Below are positions 49,348 through 58,830 of a stretch of 64,000 nucleotides of DNA, in pieces (the first letter of the stretch is position 1; each line of letters begins with the position of its first letter). The DNA lies in NCBI GenBank assembly GCA_050298055.1, contig JBNKTL010000011.1, forward strand, positions 35,206 through 99,205, written 5' to 3'. The translations under genes and the position numbers were made by a program. The notes beneath the pieces were generated by a model, which was given only the letters and a program-made list of their open reading frames with translations, was not told where the DNA came from and searched no databases. The stretch is from Spirochaetota bacterium. GTDB taxonomy: Bacteria > Spirochaetota > UBA4802 > UBA5550.

Positions 49348-49774
49348 GTAGTAGTTGAATAGTATATTATTTTTTTCATTTTTTTCCCGCTGATTGTTAA
49401 TGCAAACAACTTTTCATATTATAACATATTTTATACATCTTATTCATTTTTTCCCAGTCTAATATCTTTTTTAAAATTGACGAGTTAACGGTTGAGTGTT
49501 TTTTCATTCATAAGCTATGACAGCTGCTCTATCAAGTATAAGGAACGGTATATGCAAGCAGGAGCAGAGTAATCTAAAAAATCAAGGATTAAATATATTT
49601 GAGAATGCCTGGAAAAATGTAAAAATATATCTTCACTGGAGCAAGGCGGATTCCATGCTGGAACAGCATTGGAAATGATTTTCTGTTGACACTTTTTTCC
49701 TCTTCACAACATTCTGATCTTGCTGATCGTTGAATGCCATCAAAACCAGTATTTTATAAACCAGGATAAAACTT

Positions 49775-50230
49775 GTGAAAAAATTTCCAGAAGAAACACT
49801 TGATAGAGTAAACGCCCTGCTGGGGGGATTTAATCAGGCCATGGGCCTCCGGTTTGTCAGAGTCTCCCCGGAAGAATTTGTTGCGGAATTGGAAGTCGGG
49901 AACCAGCACCTCCAGCCCTATGGCCTGGTTCATGGGGGTGTTTACTCGGGAATGATTGAGACTGTCTGCAGTACCGCGGCCGCTATGACTGTCTTTAACG
50001 AAAAAAAAAGTGCCGTGGGTCTTGAAAATACAACCTCTTTTCTGAAAGCCGTCCGTTCAGGAAAAATCACCTGCACTGTGAAACCGACACTTATCGGGAA
50101 ACGGACTCATGTCTGGACAGGAACAGTGACAGATGACCAAAACCGGCTGGTAGCAACCGGCCGGGTACGGTTAATGATCCTTGAAGATGGAGCAGAAGCC
50201 GGAGGAGAGACGGTCCGATTGAAAGTTTGA
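49775..50230 (+). CDS. PaaI-family thioesterase
   Basis: 'HLQPYGLVHGG', 'VGLEN..SF.KAV..G', 'G.RTHVW'. Confidence 0.92.
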   Translation: MKKFPEETLDRVNALLGGFNQAMGLRFVRVSPEEFVAELEVGNQHLQPYGLVHGGVYSGMIETVCSTAAAMTVFNEKKSAVGLENTTSFLKAVRSGKITCTVKPTLIGKRTHVWTGTVTDDQNRLVATGRVRLMILEDGAEAGGETVRLKV

Positions 50231-50444
50231 AACAGGAAATTTAATAATAGTAAATACCGGCCGCATGCAGGGTCTCCTGGAAACACTTGCCACTGATCAT
50301 ATCGTGTGATGAGCAGCATTCTGTGTAGTTTACACTGTCCTGGTAACTGTTTACGTCCACAGGATATTCCAAACTTCTTTTTTATTTGTCCGTATGTTTC
50401 ATTTTTTTTACTTTTTATTCATAATTAAAAAATAGGATAAGAAA

Positions 50445-50759
50445 ATGAAATCACTTAAAATTTTAATACTTGTTTTTGCGCCAATAGCCCTGGTGACTTC
50501 GTGTGTTCTGTTGGAACCGGACTTCAATACGGATGTGGAGGATCCCAAAGAGACAGCCAAAGGTAACTGCATAAGGACAATCAACAATGTCTACGAACAC
50601 TTTTGTGTCAAAAAACAGCAAAAGGTCCCGGTGGGATACAGCGACAATCTGCAAAGGTCACTTGAACCGGTTTATCGCAGCTGTAAGGATCCTGCCAGTA
50701 AGGAAAAATTGCAAAAAATCGAGTTATGTATTCAGGAACTGCGAAAAAGTGAGCAATGA
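50445..50759 (+). CDS. Small hypothetical lipoprotein
   Basis: Lipobox 'VTSC' plus four further Cys; AGGA RBS. Confidence 0.65.
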   Translation: MKSLKILILVFAPIALVTSCVLLEPDFNTDVEDPKETAKGNCIRTINNVYEHFCVKKQQKVPVGYSDNLQRSLEPVYRSCKDPASKEKLQKIELCIQELRKSEQ

Positions 50760-51088
50760 TGAAAAAAAAAATTTTTAACTGCCGGCCGCATGAACTCAGG
50801 AGTCGTTACACAATTCCCCCTGCCTCTTTCCAGGAATATACATGAACACCCTGTCTTTTATAACTCTCATTACCGCCATAGACAAGAGAGGAGTTATGAA
50901 CATCATTTGAAAGAGAGGATAAAAATTTAAATCCCCTGAAATAATCTGATGTTATGGTTTGACCGGAATTAATTTCAATGAGATCAATATTGCTCCCATG
51001 ATCGGATATAACATTTATTTCATTCTGTTCATCTTTTACATATTATTATTTCAATTCCTAATTTGTAAAGACATTTTTGATTGTTTTC

Positions 51089-51212
51089 GTAACGGCTCAG
51101 GCTGAGCATGGGAATAATCATTGTCATGAAAAAAAGATAACTGGTATGTCCCCGCCGCCGTAGGCGGCGGGGACATATTGTTGATATTTTAGCCATATAG
51201 CTGAGTAGTTGC
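51089..51212 (-). mobile_element. MITE family A, copy 3 (inverted, 124 bp)
   Basis: Plus strand GTAACGGCTCAGGCT...AGCTGAGTAGTTGC with hairpin TATGTCCCCGCCGCC-GTA-GGCGGCGGGGACATA (51145-51177); its reverse complement aligns with copy 2. Confidence 0.8.
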
Positions 51213-51376
51213 CGATCATATTCATTAAAAATATATCAGAAAAAGTGAGGAAGAAATATAAAGAAATGTATTGATTAAAATTTAGAAAAATATCAGCATG
51301 CCCCATTGAAGAACTGCCTGGGCTCGCTCTCTGATGAAATTATTATAATCAATGAATTAAAAACCCGGAGGATATC

Positions 51377-51847
51377 ATGGCAACTGTTAGCAGGAGACAA
51401 TTCATAAAAACGGGCGGCTTGACCGTTGCGGTCACATCAACATGCCTCTGCGGTTTCAGCGGCTGCGCAACAATTACCAAGGTGGGTGACACCCCGGCCA
51501 TTAACCCCAAAGCCTATACAAAAAAGGAAAACGACCTGCTCATTGACCTCTCAAAGGAACCGGTATTGAAGAAAGTGGGAGGGGCAGTCAAAATTAAAGA
51601 TAAAACCGTTTCCCCGGGAATTATTATTGCCCGAACCGGGGAAAAGACTTTTGCCGTGGCTTCGCTCTTCTGTACCCACAGGGGCGTTGAAGTGGAGTAT
51701 GATCCCCAAAAACAGCAATTTGAATGCGCAAGCTTGGGCAGTTCCACCTTTTCCCTGGAGGGAGAAAACAAAGGCGGCTTTGCCAAAAAACCTCTGAAAA
51801 AATATGAAGCCTCTTTGCAGGACAACAGGTTGACCATAAAGATGTAA
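51377..51847 (+). CDS. Tat-exported Rieske-like protein with atypical second cluster motif
   Basis: 'SRRQFIK' Tat signal, 'CTHRG', 'CASLGSSTF..G', 'PL..Y'. Confidence 0.82.
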   Translation: MATVSRRQFIKTGGLTVAVTSTCLCGFSGCATITKVGDTPAINPKAYTKKENDLLIDLSKEPVLKKVGGAVKIKDKTVSPGIIIARTGEKTFAVASLFCTHRGVEVEYDPQKQQFECASLGSSTFSLEGENKGGFAKKPLKKYEASLQDNRLTIKM

Positions 51848-51869
51848 TATCAAGGAACAGTTAGAAATA

Positions 51870-52142
51870 ATGAATATAAATATTGATCTTTCCCGGTTTC
51901 TTAAATATTGCCATACCCGAATTCAGGAATTGACCCATCCCGGGTGTTCGGAGGCATTTTCCCGCATTGACTGGTCAAAATATTCGGAGGAGATCGTACA
52001 ATCTCTCAGAGAGTTTTATGCGGATATAAAAAAGAGATGTGAAGGCCACAACCATGATTTGCCATTCATTGACCGCCTCCTGGAGCTGGGAGCAGCCCTT
52101 GACCTTGCAGAAACAAGTCAGGCAAAAAGTTTATTGAAATAA
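51870..52142 (+). CDS. Hypothetical protein
   Basis: 90 aa ORF in operon-like position after the Rieske gene. Confidence 0.5.
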   Translation: MNINIDLSRFLKYCHTRIQELTHPGCSEAFSRIDWSKYSEEIVQSLREFYADIKKRCEGHNHDLPFIDRLLELGAALDLAETSQAKSLLK

Positions 52143-52243
52143 CCGGATACCGGTGTCCCGGACTGTATACGAAAAGAGTATTTCACTGAAAAAATGAGTG
52201 ACAAATATGTATCCAAAAATGAAAATTTATTCAGAGAATAATT

Positions 52244-53044
52244 ATGCCATTATCCAGTGAAGAAATCAACAGGCTGCTTGTAAAATTGCGGGAAAGATAC
52301 AGTGAATATGCCGGCAGGTACAGCCCCTCCTGGTTCAATATTGAAGCATTTGAAGAACGCTACTCCCTGGCTGTAGAGAACCGGATGAACCTGGAGGGGT
52401 TTATCCTGGCTGAAATTTCAAATTTTGAAAAAACCCGGGAAAAGTACGAGAGCAAAAAAAAGAAGAGGGACTTCACAAACAGGGTGGAAAAGATCATGGA
52501 GGAGAATATCGAGAGGATAAAGAAGTATCCTGAAATTGAATTTCATCCCATGGCAGGCATTGAAGTAAAACACTTCTACGGAGCACTTTCGGAGTTTGCT
52601 GTCTATTACTATGCGGTTCTCTGGGTCCTGGTGCAGAATTATGAATTCAGGGACAGGATCGAGATGACCGGGAGAAAACTCGATATTCTCGCGGTCCCCC
52701 ACGGGAAGGTCCATCCGAAAAGGATCAATGACCATATCTATCTTCTTCAACAGGGAAAGAGCGGCCTTGATATTGAGAGGGACAGCGGCAGTTACCTCAG
52801 GGAGTCCGCCTTTATCCTCCATGATATTCTGGACATGTGCGATGATATTATTGATCTTAAAGAGCCTCACTGGGAAAACCCCCTCTCCTTTGAGAAATTC
52901 TACCTTGAGGCCGGCCGGAAGAAGAGGATTGTGGAGATATTTTCAGGTATGACCGGCTACGGGGCAATCCTTGCCGTTAAGGGGAGGGCCGGGGAGATCC
53001 TTGAGGATTTCAGGCTCACCGCATTTAAGAGTAACAATTCCTGA
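52244..53044 (+). CDS. Hypothetical protein
   Basis: 266 aa ORF with host-like codon usage; no recognised motif. Confidence 0.75.
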   Translation: MPLSSEEINRLLVKLRERYSEYAGRYSPSWFNIEAFEERYSLAVENRMNLEGFILAEISNFEKTREKYESKKKKRDFTNRVEKIMEENIERIKKYPEIEFHPMAGIEVKHFYGALSEFAVYYYAVLWVLVQNYEFRDRIEMTGRKLDILAVPHGKVHPKRINDHIYLLQQGKSGLDIERDSGSYLRESAFILHDILDMCDDIIDLKEPHWENPLSFEKFYLEAGRKKRIVEIFSGMTGYGAILAVKGRAGEILEDFRLTAFKSNNS

Positions 53045-53340
53045 GTTATATCCCCCTATCATAAAGAATCTGCCATGAAATTATTATTTTCCCTTGACAT
53101 CTGTGATAATGAAAATCAGAACATCTTAGGTGTTGATGTATAGGTAATCGTTTATTTTAAGTAATAAATACAAAATTGTAACTTTACTTTAATAAGATTT
53201 GCCACTATTTTTATGATTAATAAATATGTATAAATGCAAAAAGACAGTTGAAACAATATTAATCCTCTGTGTCTCTGTGCCTCTGTGGCAGATATAAATT
53301 TGAGGATTTTAACTCGATTTTTATAAAGGACAAAACAACC

Positions 53341-56300
53341 ATGAAGAGATTTGTCGCATTTTTCGCTGAGCGCTCGCTTCTGATAAATATTATATCAATC
53401 GGGATCCTTATCGCGGGCATTATGTTCCTGGCCAGGGCAAACAGGGAGGCCTTTCCCAAAGTTGATTTTGACTGGGTCATTGTGCGTACCCTCTATCCCG
53501 GCGCTACCGCGGAGGACATTGAAAAGCACATCTCCATCCCCATCGAGGACCAGCTCCGGGAGGTAGACGGTATCGAAGAACTCTATACCACGTCCGTTGA
53601 ATCGCAGTCCATAGCCGCTATAAAACTCGACCCTGACCTGGAGAACAAGGACAGTACCATCAACGACATAAAGAACGCAATCGACAGGTACGAAGAATTT
53701 CCCGAAGACGCCGAAGATCCCATCGTGCAGGAACTGAAGACCTCACAGAGGCCCATACTCAATGTTTCGGTCATGTCGAAAAAGGGAATAAAAAACGATG
53801 AAGATGAACGTAAGCTGCGAACCCATGCAAAGATGCTGGAAGACAGGATGCTGGAGGTTGACGGAGTGGCAAAGGTCACCCGGGAAGGATACAGGGACCG
53901 TGAGATGGTCATCGAGGTTGATCCCATCCTCCTGGACAGGTATCATGTTGCCATAAATGATGTTGTTCTCGCCCTCTCAAAGAGGAACCTCAACTTTCCG
54001 GGGGGGCAGGTGAAGACCCAGAAAGAGGAGATAATGGTCCGGACCATCGGCGAGGTTGAAAACACGGAGGATATCGGGAATGTCCTCATAAGGGCCAACG
54101 ATATCGGGAACTGGGTCAGGGTGAAAGATGTCGCGAGGGTGAAGGATTCTTTTGACGAAGAGGTCCTTGTCAGTAAGACAAACAGCGAGCAGGCGGTAAA
54201 CCTCACGGTGGTGAAAAAGGAATCGGGAGATATCATTGATGTGGTGGATGAGATCTTTCGTATTGTTGACAACTTCAAAGAGAAGTATTCCAAAGAGTAT
54301 GATTTTGTAACGTCCCGTGACCTCTCCTACTTCGTCAAGAGAAGGCTGAAGGTGCTGAAATACAATGCCATTGTCGGGTTTATCCTTGTAATGCTCTCCC
54401 TCTTCCTCACGCTGGGCTGGCGAATAGCCCTGGTCACGACCATAGGTCTGCCCATCGCCTTCTGTATCGCCTTTATCTGGATGGGGCAGCAGGGCCTCAC
54501 CATTAACCTCATATCCATGTTCGGGCTTATCGTGGTCCTGGGGATGCTTGTGGACGATGCCATCATCGTCGCGGAGAATATCTACCGCCACCTGGAGGAG
54601 GGGAAGGACGTGCGCTCAGCGGTCATCGAGGGTACCACCGAGGTCATCGTCCCTGTTGCCGGTACCATTATGACCACAATCGCGGCTTTCAGCCCCCTCA
54701 TGCTCATGACCGGTATTATGGGTAAGTTCATGTGGGCCCTCCCCGCCGTTGTCTCGGTGGCGCTGATCGGTTCATGGATCGAGTCCATGCTGATCCTCCC
54801 TTCACACGTGCTTGACATTGAGAAGAGGAACAAAAAACCGGTGCACCTGAGACGGGAAGAGAAAGAGGGGCTCTACCCCAGGGTAAAGGCCAGGTACCAG
54901 AGGGCCCTGGTCTTTGTGCTCAACAACAGGTATAAATTTTCACTGCTTATCATGATCGTCTTTGTGGGAACTATCCTCTTCGCAAAGAAAAACTCAAAGT
55001 TCATACTCTTTCCCCAGGGCAATATTGACAGGTTCTTCATTTACTTTGAAGCGCCAAAGGGGACCACGGTCCAGGAAGTCAGCAGGAAACTGGTCAACTT
55101 CGAAAAAGTTGTGGCCAAGCTTCCCCCGGAAGAGCTGGAGAGCTTTGATACCCTGGCAGGCAAGATCGTCGACCAGTCCATGAGGCAGAAGGAGAAAACC
55201 GGGTCAAACTACGGGACCATATCCGTCTACCTGACTCCCGAGCAGGACAGGCACAGAAAAACCTCGGAGATCATAAAATGGATAAAAAAAGAAACAAAAG
55301 CATATATAAAAGACTTTGACCAGGTGGACTACGAAAACCTGAGGACCGGTCCCCCGGTTGGCGAACCGGTTAACATTACCATTAAGGGTGACAGCTTTCC
55401 GGAGATACTGAAGGTGGCCGATATCTTTAAAAAGTACCTTGAGAAAGTTAAGGGAATTACCGATGTGAAGGACAACTTCGATGACCCTAAAAAAGAGCTC
55501 AAGATATTTCTCAAGGACAAGGTTTCCGCCATTGCCGGTATAAGTGTTTTTGATGTGGCGTCTACGGTAAGGGCAAGTTTCAAGGGGACAGTTGCCACAA
55601 AGATAAAGAAGAGTGACGAGGAGATCGATATTCGTGTTATTTTTCCGGAGAAGTTCAGGAACAATATTAACAACCTGAAGCTTGTGAAGGTTTCAAACAG
55701 GATCGGCAACCTGGTCCCCCTCAACCAGATTGCCAGCTTCCAGGAATCGGAGGGGATATCCCTTATTTCCCGGATCGACAGGAAAAGAGCGGTCCGTGTT
55801 ACGGCAAATATCGATGAAAAAGCAAAGCACCTTTCATCGGTCTATATCAACAATCTTCTCCAGAAGGATTTTGCCGGTGTGGAAAAGGACAATCCCGGGA
55901 TAATCGTCGACTACCTGGGAGAATTCAAGGACACCCAGGAATCAATGAGCAGCCTGCGCCGTTCCTTTCTTATCGCGGTGATCATCATCTATATAATACT
56001 GGTGGGGATCTTCAGGTCTCTCCTTCATCCGCTTATCGTCATGAGTGTCATTCCCCTCTCCTTTATCGGGGTTGTCTGGGTCTTTTATTTTCACGGGATG
56101 CCCCTCTCGTTTCTTTCCATCATGGGAATTGTGGGGCTTGCCGGCGTTGTAGTAAACGACTCAATTGTCCTCGTGGACTTCATCCGGAATGCCCGGGCAC
56201 AGGGGCTCAGTCCCTACGAAGCAACGGTTGAAGCGGGAGGGAACAGGCTGAGGGCCATCTTCCTCACCACCCTGACCACCTTCCTGGGGCTTGTCCCCAC

Positions 56301-56721
56301 GGCCTACGGGATTGGCGGCCTGGACCCCTTCCTGGTCCCCATGGCGGTCTCTATGGCCTGGGGTATTGCCTTCGGAACATTTATTACTCTCTTCGCCACA
56401 CCTCTCCTCTACCTGTTGTCATCTGACCTGAGAATACTGATCATGAGAGAGGAAAAACCGGCGGACTCCTTCACGGTCCATCTTCATCCTGAAGACAATC
56501 TCCCCGCGGGATATATTACCAGGGAACAGCTGGAGGATGACATCAAGAGGGACATTGAAGAGGAGATAAAAAAAGAGATAGAAGACGACCTGAAAAGGGA
56601 CCTGGTTAAAGATATGAAAAAGAGAATCAGTGAAAAAAAACCGGGAAAGAAAAAGACCGCAGCCAAAAAGAAGGGACCGGTGAAAAAAAAGAAAGTTGAA
56701 AAGGGGACCTCTGAAAATTAA
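53341..56721 (+). CDS. RND efflux permease (AcrB/AcrD/AcrF family)
   Basis: 'REAFP', 'GMLVDDAIIVAENI', 'GLAGVVVNDSIVLVD', 'RLRAI.LTT.TT'; charged C-terminal tail. Confidence 0.95.
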   Translation: MKRFVAFFAERSLLINIISIGILIAGIMFLARANREAFPKVDFDWVIVRTLYPGATAEDIEKHISIPIEDQLREVDGIEELYTTSVESQSIAAIKLDPDLENKDSTINDIKNAIDRYEEFPEDAEDPIVQELKTSQRPILNVSVMSKKGIKNDEDERKLRTHAKMLEDRMLEVDGVAKVTREGYRDREMVIEVDPILLDRYHVAINDVVLALSKRNLNFPGGQVKTQKEEIMVRTIGEVENTEDIGNVLIRANDIGNWVRVKDVARVKDSFDEEVLVSKTNSEQAVNLTVVKKESGDIIDVVDEIFRIVDNFKEKYSKEYDFVTSRDLSYFVKRRLKVLKYNAIVGFILVMLSLFLTLGWRIALVTTIGLPIAFCIAFIWMGQQGLTINLISMFGLIVVLGMLVDDAIIVAENIYRHLEEGKDVRSAVIEGTTEVIVPVAGTIMTTIAAFSPLMLMTGIMGKFMWALPAVVSVALIGSWIESMLILPSHVLDIEKRNKKPVHLRREEKEGLYPRVKARYQRALVFVLNNRYKFSLLIMIVFVGTILFAKKNSKFILFPQGNIDRFFIYFEAPKGTTVQEVSRKLVNFEKVVAKLPPEELESFDTLAGKIVDQSMRQKEKTGSNYGTISVYLTPEQDRHRKTSEIIKWIKKETKAYIKDFDQVDYENLRTGPPVGEPVNITIKGDSFPEILKVADIFKKYLEKVKGITDVKDNFDDPKKELKIFLKDKVSAIAGISVFDVASTVRASFKGTVATKIKKSDEEIDIRVIFPEKFRNNINNLKLVKVSNRIGNLVPLNQIASFQESEGISLISRIDRKRAVRVTANIDEKAKHLSSVYINNLLQKDFAGVEKDNPGIIVDYLGEFKDTQESMSSLRRSFLIAVIIIYIILVGIFRSLLHPLIVMSVIPLSFIGVVWVFYFHGMPLSFLSIMGIVGLAGVVVNDSIVLVDFIRNARAQGLSPYEATVEAGGNRLRAIFLTTLTTFLGLVPTAYGIGGLDPFLVPMAVSMAWGIAFGTFITLFATPLLYLLSSDLRILIMREEKPADSFTVHLHPEDNLPAGYITREQLEDDIKRDIEEEIKKEIEDDLKRDLVKDMKKRISEKKPGKKKTAAKKKGPVKKKKVEKGTSEN

Positions 56722-56728
56722 TCATTCT

Positions 56729-57673
56729 TTACTGTTCAAAGTCCAGCAGCTCTGCCTTTTCACTCTTTACATAGAATAACCAGGCCATCTCGGCCCCTAT
56801 GACAAAGATAAAACAGGTAAACCATATCCAGATCATCAGCATGACAATTGTTGAGAGAGACCCGAAAATTGACGTATAGTCATTTATCTCGGTAATATAA
56901 TATGAATAGATGGCTTTTACAAGTTCATAAATTATCGATGCCGAGAGGGCGCCTTTCATGATAGAAATATTGTTCATGTTCATCGGCGGAACAAACCGGT
57001 AAATGATGAAGAGCATGGCCGTATTGGTAAAGATTGCCGTGAAATTTGTCAGGAGAAAGGGAAGGTTCTTCATAAAAGCCAAAAACTGGGAGTAGAAAGG
57101 CATATCATAGAGATTCTCCTTTATTATTGACGCGATCTGGCTGCTTCTTAAAATTGTCAGGATATTTGACAGAAAGACAAATAAGAGGATGATTATTCCT
57201 ATTCCCAGGATAATCAGGATGTGACGTATCTTTGCTTTCCAGTACTTGTGGCTTTCCTTTATCCTGAAAGCTTTTTCAAGGACCCTCTCGATGATATCGA
57301 ACACAAGGCTCCCCCACCAGAAGAGGAAGGGTATCCAGATAAATGCCAGGTACCTCTTCTTATAAACGATGGTATCGATTATTCCAATGAGCTCGTTTAT
57401 ATTTATTGAAGGGAGCTGATGTTTTATCTGGTTGAGGTAGAAGTTTGCCATAAGTTCAGATTTGTAGAAAAAGCTCAGGACCGATATTATTACCAGGGAC
57501 ATTGGGATAAATGAAATGAGGGCGAAAAACGCCAGGGCGCAGGTAGAGAGCTCTCCGTCGTGTTCATTAAAGCTGGTTAAGATTTGTTTTACATTGAGAA
57601 ACAGGGTATTGTAGAAAAAATTATATTTATCTTTCAGGAAGTTCTTAAGGGGAATCAGTATTTTCTTGATCAT
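56729..57673 (-). CDS. YihY/BrkB family membrane protein
   Basis: 'ALAFFALISFIP', 'YRFVP', 'IFGSLS.....MIW.W......IGAE'. Confidence 0.9.
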   Translation of the reverse strand: MIKKILIPLKNFLKDKYNFFYNTLFLNVKQILTSFNEHDGELSTCALAFFALISFIPMSLVIISVLSFFYKSELMANFYLNQIKHQLPSININELIGIIDTIVYKKRYLAFIWIPFLFWWGSLVFDIIERVLEKAFRIKESHKYWKAKIRHILIILGIGIIILLFVFLSNILTILRSSQIASIIKENLYDMPFYSQFLAFMKNLPFLLTNFTAIFTNTAMLFIIYRFVPPMNMNNISIMKGALSASIIYELVKAIYSYYITEINDYTSIFGSLSTIVMLMIWIWFTCFIFVIGAEMAWLFYVKSEKAELLDFEQ

Positions 57674-58045
57674 AAAAATATAGCTTTGGTTGCTCAGCTC
57701 TCCGGCAAAAAAGAATGCCTCTGCCGAAAATATCAACAGTATGTGTCAATGTTATTCTACTGTGAAAAAAATCCAGAAAAAAACCTTTAAATAAGGAATA
57801 ACGATAGTACCATAAATTTGGAACCCTTGTAAAGAATTAATTATGAAGCCTCTGCAAAATCATCCTGCGGCTGAAAAGGGTAAGTCTGTATTGATCCGGA
57901 GTAGGACACCTGGATATCAGGAAACATTTCGAACCTGCGAATATTGCGAAAGCCATGGATGGTGAAGATGTGGGAACAATTATAGCCGGCTGAGGAGAAA
58001 AATTCCCGGTCAATGTTTTAATATTTTAAGAAATTCTGTTAAATA

Positions 58046-58696
58046 TCAGGTCCAGAAATTCCTGATGGACTGTTTTGCAAAATCAATCATTGCATTAAGA
58101 TTTTTCCCGGTCACCGGCCGATTCTCTGCCAGTAAAGTCGGGAGGCCTTTGTTTTTGCCTGAAACCGTAATCTGGCCGTCTAAAAGCAGGGTTGCCAGTC
58201 CATGAACGGCAGACCAGTAAAAGATTGCCAGCACCGGATAATCTTCGCTCGTCTCTTCCTGTTCGTTATGAAAGGTTTTAACTGCCGTTAAATATTCATT
58301 GAAGGTTTCCCGCGCATCTGAGCTCAGTTTCTCGGATCTTCGGCGCTCTGTTATTTCCTGCCCGAACATTAACCTGAAAGCGCCCGGACTATGAACCGCG
58401 AAATCAATGTAAGCAAACCCGATATTCTGAAGTTTCGAAAGAGAATCAAGGGATGTGTCACGGTTAATATTTTTATATCTTTCGGTAAGTTCTCTGAAAC
58501 CTTCCTCTGCAATTGCGAACAGGAGAGCATCTTTACTTTCAAAATGCCGGTAGGCTGCTGTCCTTGATACACCGACCCGGCTGCTGAGAGCTCTCATGGT
58601 GAGCTTTTTTAATCCCTCTCCGGAAATAATTTCAGATGCGGCTTTTATCAGCCGGTTTCTCAGCTCACCGGTTTTCTGTTTTTTCTCTCCAGCCAT
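58046..58696 (-). CDS. TetR/AcrR regulator with WHG-type C-terminal domain
   Basis: HTH 'LTMRALS.RVGVS.TAAYRHF.SK', C-terminal 'WSAVHGLA'. Confidence 0.94.
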   Translation of the reverse strand: MAGEKKQKTGELRNRLIKAASEIISGEGLKKLTMRALSSRVGVSRTAAYRHFESKDALLFAIAEEGFRELTERYKNINRDTSLDSLSKLQNIGFAYIDFAVHSPGAFRLMFGQEITERRRSEKLSSDARETFNEYLTAVKTFHNEQEETSEDYPVLAIFYWSAVHGLATLLLDGQITVSGKNKGLPTLLAENRPVTGKNLNAMIDFAKQSIRNFWT

Positions 58697-58715
58697 ACAA
58701 CCAGAATATTTTTTT

Positions 58716-58759
58716 TGTTGACTAAGTCAACATTTATTTGTTGAGTTGACTTAGTCAAC
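58716..58759. promoter_or_regulatory. Twin palindromic TetR operators
   Basis: TGTTGACTAAGTCAACA (58716-58732) and GTTGACTTAGTCAAC (58745-58759) between divergent tetR and the PNPOx gene. Confidence 0.85.
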
Positions 58760-58830
58760 ATTATGAAGAATTGATTAGTCACAACTATTCAGCTGTGAAT
58801 CATATTTTTAAAACAAAAAGGAGGACTATT

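Noticed and set aside
50281..50400. GCCACTG as part of a cobalamin riboswitch
   Set aside because: Accompanying GGGAA/GGGAAG elements and a relevant downstream gene are missing.
7233..51177. GC hairpin repeats as CRISPR repeats or simple terminators
   Set aside because: Copies are kilobases apart with no spacers or cas genes, and the homology extends to TIR-bounded flanks, which fits a MITE.
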